Source: a virus. Taken from it: a stretch of 64,000 nt of DNA. The first letter of the stretch is position 1, and the number at the start of each line of letters is the position of its first letter. Below are positions 62,701 to 64,000 of this stretch, one piece after another. The notes under the pieces are model-generated. The model was not told the origin of the DNA. It did not search any database and was given only the letters and a program-made list of their open reading frames with translations. The stretch is from IMG/VR virus record IMGVR_UViG_3300035182_001904; one strand, written 5' to 3'. A program made the position numbers and the translations under genes.

Positions 62701-64000
62701 ATCGTCGTCTCGCAGGGCGCAGCGGACAAGCTGACGAGCGAACACATGTACCAGCACGCGCTTTCGCGTGAAGGGGACGTGCAGCTCGGACGTGAGAAGC
62801 ACCGGACCTACTTCGGCAGCCGCTACACCAAGGACCAGTACGACAAGCTCGACGAAGACGGCGTTGTCAAGCCGGGGGTCACTCTTCACAAGGGCGACCT
62901 GATCGCTGCGGGCATCCGCGAGAACAAGGTGACGGGTGACGCACTCCTGCTGGGTAAGCTGTCCAAGTCGCTGGTCAAGCCCTACGAAGAAGTGGTCGAG
63001 ACTTGGACGCACGATCGACCCGGCATTGTCGTAGACGTGGCGAAGACCGCCCGACAGGCAGCTGCGTCGATCCGCACCCAGGAGACACTGCAGATCGGCG
63101 ACAAGCTGTGCAACCGCTTTGGCAACAAAGGCGTGATCGCGAAGATCATCCCTGACCACCAGATGATCCAGGATGCGCAGGGGCGCCCTGTCGATCTTCT
63201 CTTCACGTCGGCGGGTATCGTCTCGCGCATCAACCCAGCGCAGGTCATCGAGACGGTGCTTGGAAAGGTTGCCGAAAAGACGGGTAAGCCGATCGTCATC
63301 CCGCAATACATGCCAGGCCGTGACAACGTCGCCTTCGCAAAGAAGTTGCTCGAGGAACACGGTCTCTCGGACAAAGAGACGGTCCTTGACCCTATCACGG
63401 GCAAGAAGGTTCCCGACGTGTTGGTCGGCAAGAGCTACATCCTGAAGCTCTTCAAGACCACAGATTCCAACTGGGCAGCGCACGGCGCCGAGAAGTACGA
63501 CTACAACCAACAACCGGCGCGTGGTGGTGACGAAGGTGCCAAGGGCATCGGCAAGATGGAATTCGATGGACTCGTCGCGCACAACGCACGCAACGTGCTG
63601 CGTGAAGCGGCGTCCATCAAGAGCCAGCGCAACGACGAGTTCTGGCGCGCGATCCAACTCGGGCTGCCGACGCCTTCGCCCAAGACGCCATTCGCCTACG
63701 ACAAGCTGCAGAGCATGCTCACGGGCGCCGGCGTCAAGGTGACGAAGACCGGCTCACGCTTGGCGCTTGGTCCGCTCACCGACGCGGACGTCAAGTCGAT
63801 GTCCTCAGGAGCGCTCAAGGACCCGAGCAAGTTGATCCGCGCGAAGGACCTACGCCCCGAGACCGATGGCCTCTTCGACCCAGGGATCACCGGCGGCATG
63901 TCGGGCACGAAGTGGTCGCACGTCGACCTGCACGAGCCGATCGTCAACCCCGTGTTTGAGGAACCCGTGCGACGCCTTCTCGGACTGACACAGAAGGAGT
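59728..64000 (+). CDS. phage multi-subunit RNA polymerase beta subunit (with intein) fused to beta-prime N-terminus; 3'-truncated
   Basis: Hand-translated without a stop to the window end. Beta motifs: TFILDGTEY..NQL..PG, RDVHPTHFG..P..TPE, ANR.LM, ALGTNLRVAYMPY.G.NTND, GDKL.NR.GNKG and SRINP. Beta-prime motifs follow: RPETDGLF and SHVDL.EP. Confidence 0.92.
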   Translation, partial: MLPNLRPILEDAATRREMIRKKVVEGLEQSFPLKAGKHTVEVSNVRVDPQDYSSRDQKRAVLEGKTLSERVRGDVTVKDAAGGVVNHAKDFTLLQLPYFTPRHTFILDGTEYSVSNQLRTKPGAYVRRRGNDELEATFNLSKGANFRVSMEPEKGLLYMQPSHTTTKIPLHPILRALGMPHQDIAASWGPEIAGMNRDAWKNPDKHVSKLYETLVHPAKQTATTTEEKSRVLREYFDQTSMDPEVTTHTLGYPYDKASASAILAASKKLLDVHKAAADVDDRDSLAFKTFHSADDFIKERVQLEARAMRAKLGWKLDASHGDLKKALPAGPFTRSMHGLLVGSSLSAVPMQINPMELLDEASRVTMLGEGAIASERAIPLEARDVHPTHFGILDPARTPECYDAMTEVFTSRGWKRWPDVTANDWLACRVDERLEFHRATNLTAQPYEGLMYGLETGKINYLVTPNHRVLCKPLETRGLQHWRINRADEVHGKPRTFDTGHLPYVGESVDTFQLPRAAGGNAVKNVGPIAMTDWASFMGWYLSEGCFNFTEKTFTYHVLISQDVKKNPQNCEIIEALLRRMPFAWSQRGGDTYVIGVKQLAAYVQQFGHAGDKYIPEYFFQASYEVRENLFEALLLGDGRRCKVPLPGATHDRNVLCTTSARLAVDFDRLAISLGRPTRTARYVDKREERYLDTYEVRPLKQRFRQSRTREEQRGYYTEHYRGNVYCAEVPGGLLYVRRNGSVPIWSGNSFKVGVDLRATIGARRDDKGNLYAPVYDVAAKKSTYLKAGDMAKSIIAFPGEHLGPGKIVDAMAHGVVSRVSSDRVTHQLEHVADQYGPTSNLLPLLYGIQANRVLMASKHQGQALPLTHREAPLVQVASWKPGTSVEREMVKLIVPTARQAGTITKIDDDWIHIEPDAKTAALTTKLHYDTNLPLAAKTMLHNTLTVKVGDRVEKDQLLADSNFTKDGTLALGTNLRVAYMPYRGLNTNDGIVVSQGAADKLTSEHMYQHALSREGDVQLGREKHRTYFGSRYTKDQYDKLDEDGVVKPGVTLHKGDLIAAGIRENKVTGDALLLGKLSKSLVKPYEEVVETWTHDRPGIVVDVAKTARQAAASIRTQETLQIGDKLCNRFGNKGVIAKIIPDHQMIQDAQGRPVDLLFTSAGIVSRINPAQVIETVLGKVAEKTGKPIVIPQYMPGRDNVAFAKKLLEEHGLSDKETVLDPITGKKVPDVLVGKSYILKLFKTTDSNWAAHGAEKYDYNQQPARGGDEGAKGIGKMEFDGLVAHNARNVLREAASIKSQRNDEFWRAIQLGLPTPSPKTPFAYDKLQSMLTGAGVKVTKTGSRLALGPLTDADVKSMSSGALKDPSKLIRAKDLRPETDGLFDPGITGGMSGTKWSHVDLHEPIVNPVFEEPVRRLLGLTQKE
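60928..61974 (+). mobile_element. 349-aa intein with LAGLIDADG endonuclease in RNAP beta
   Basis: Begins CYDAMTEV, block B VTPNHRV, GWYLSEG and LLLGDG, ends VYC...WSGN with +1 Ser. Confidence 0.92.

Noticed and set aside
59728-64000. RNAP ORF as host rpoB-rpoC from a chimeric assembly
   Set aside because: It is too divergent at near-invariant positions, lacks the Zn domain, has no rplL/rplJ context, shares the phage codon style and abuts phage genes.
1-64000. Alternative genetic code (stop reassignment)
   Set aside because: Long genes are intact in code 11, and TAG, TGA and TAA all end genes at sensible positions.
1-64000. Nucleus-forming phiKZ-like phage
   Set aside because: No chimallin- or PhuZ-like gene is recognisable here, and the RNAP, family A polymerase and sigma factors do not fit that group; the rest of the genome is unseen.

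Overview
The window reads as a GC-rich segment of a large lytic myovirus (jumbo-type phage). Every recognisable gene is phage-like, and no integrase or host housekeeping block is present. Function is strongly segregated by strand. The + strand carries virion genes: a tail assembly chaperone with a -1 frameshift site, tape measure, baseplate hub with an M23 peptidase, baseplate wedges, tail fibre, terminase and a probable portal. It also carries the phage transcription machinery: two sigma70-family factors and a multi-subunit RNA polymerase ORF. That ORF runs off the right edge, so the supplied track missed it. In it, the beta subunit contains an intein and is fused in frame to a beta-prime N-terminus that lacks the zinc-binding domain. 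The - strand carries DNA metabolism genes: RNase HII, DinG, class II RNR with an intein, RuvC, a MoxR-like AAA/VWA pair, a DEDDh exonuclease, a family A polymerase with a UDG-like domain, primase-helicase, two PD-(D/E)XK nucleases, an SNF2 helicase and two tRNAs. The best candidate for a new system is this self-contained transcription programme: fused, probably rifampicin-insensitive RNAP, two sigmas, -10-only and leaderless promoters, and late cassettes inserted antisense inside - strand operons. A possible K-x-A proteolytic maturation signal is a second candidate. All calls are by-eye motif recognition; no database searches were run.
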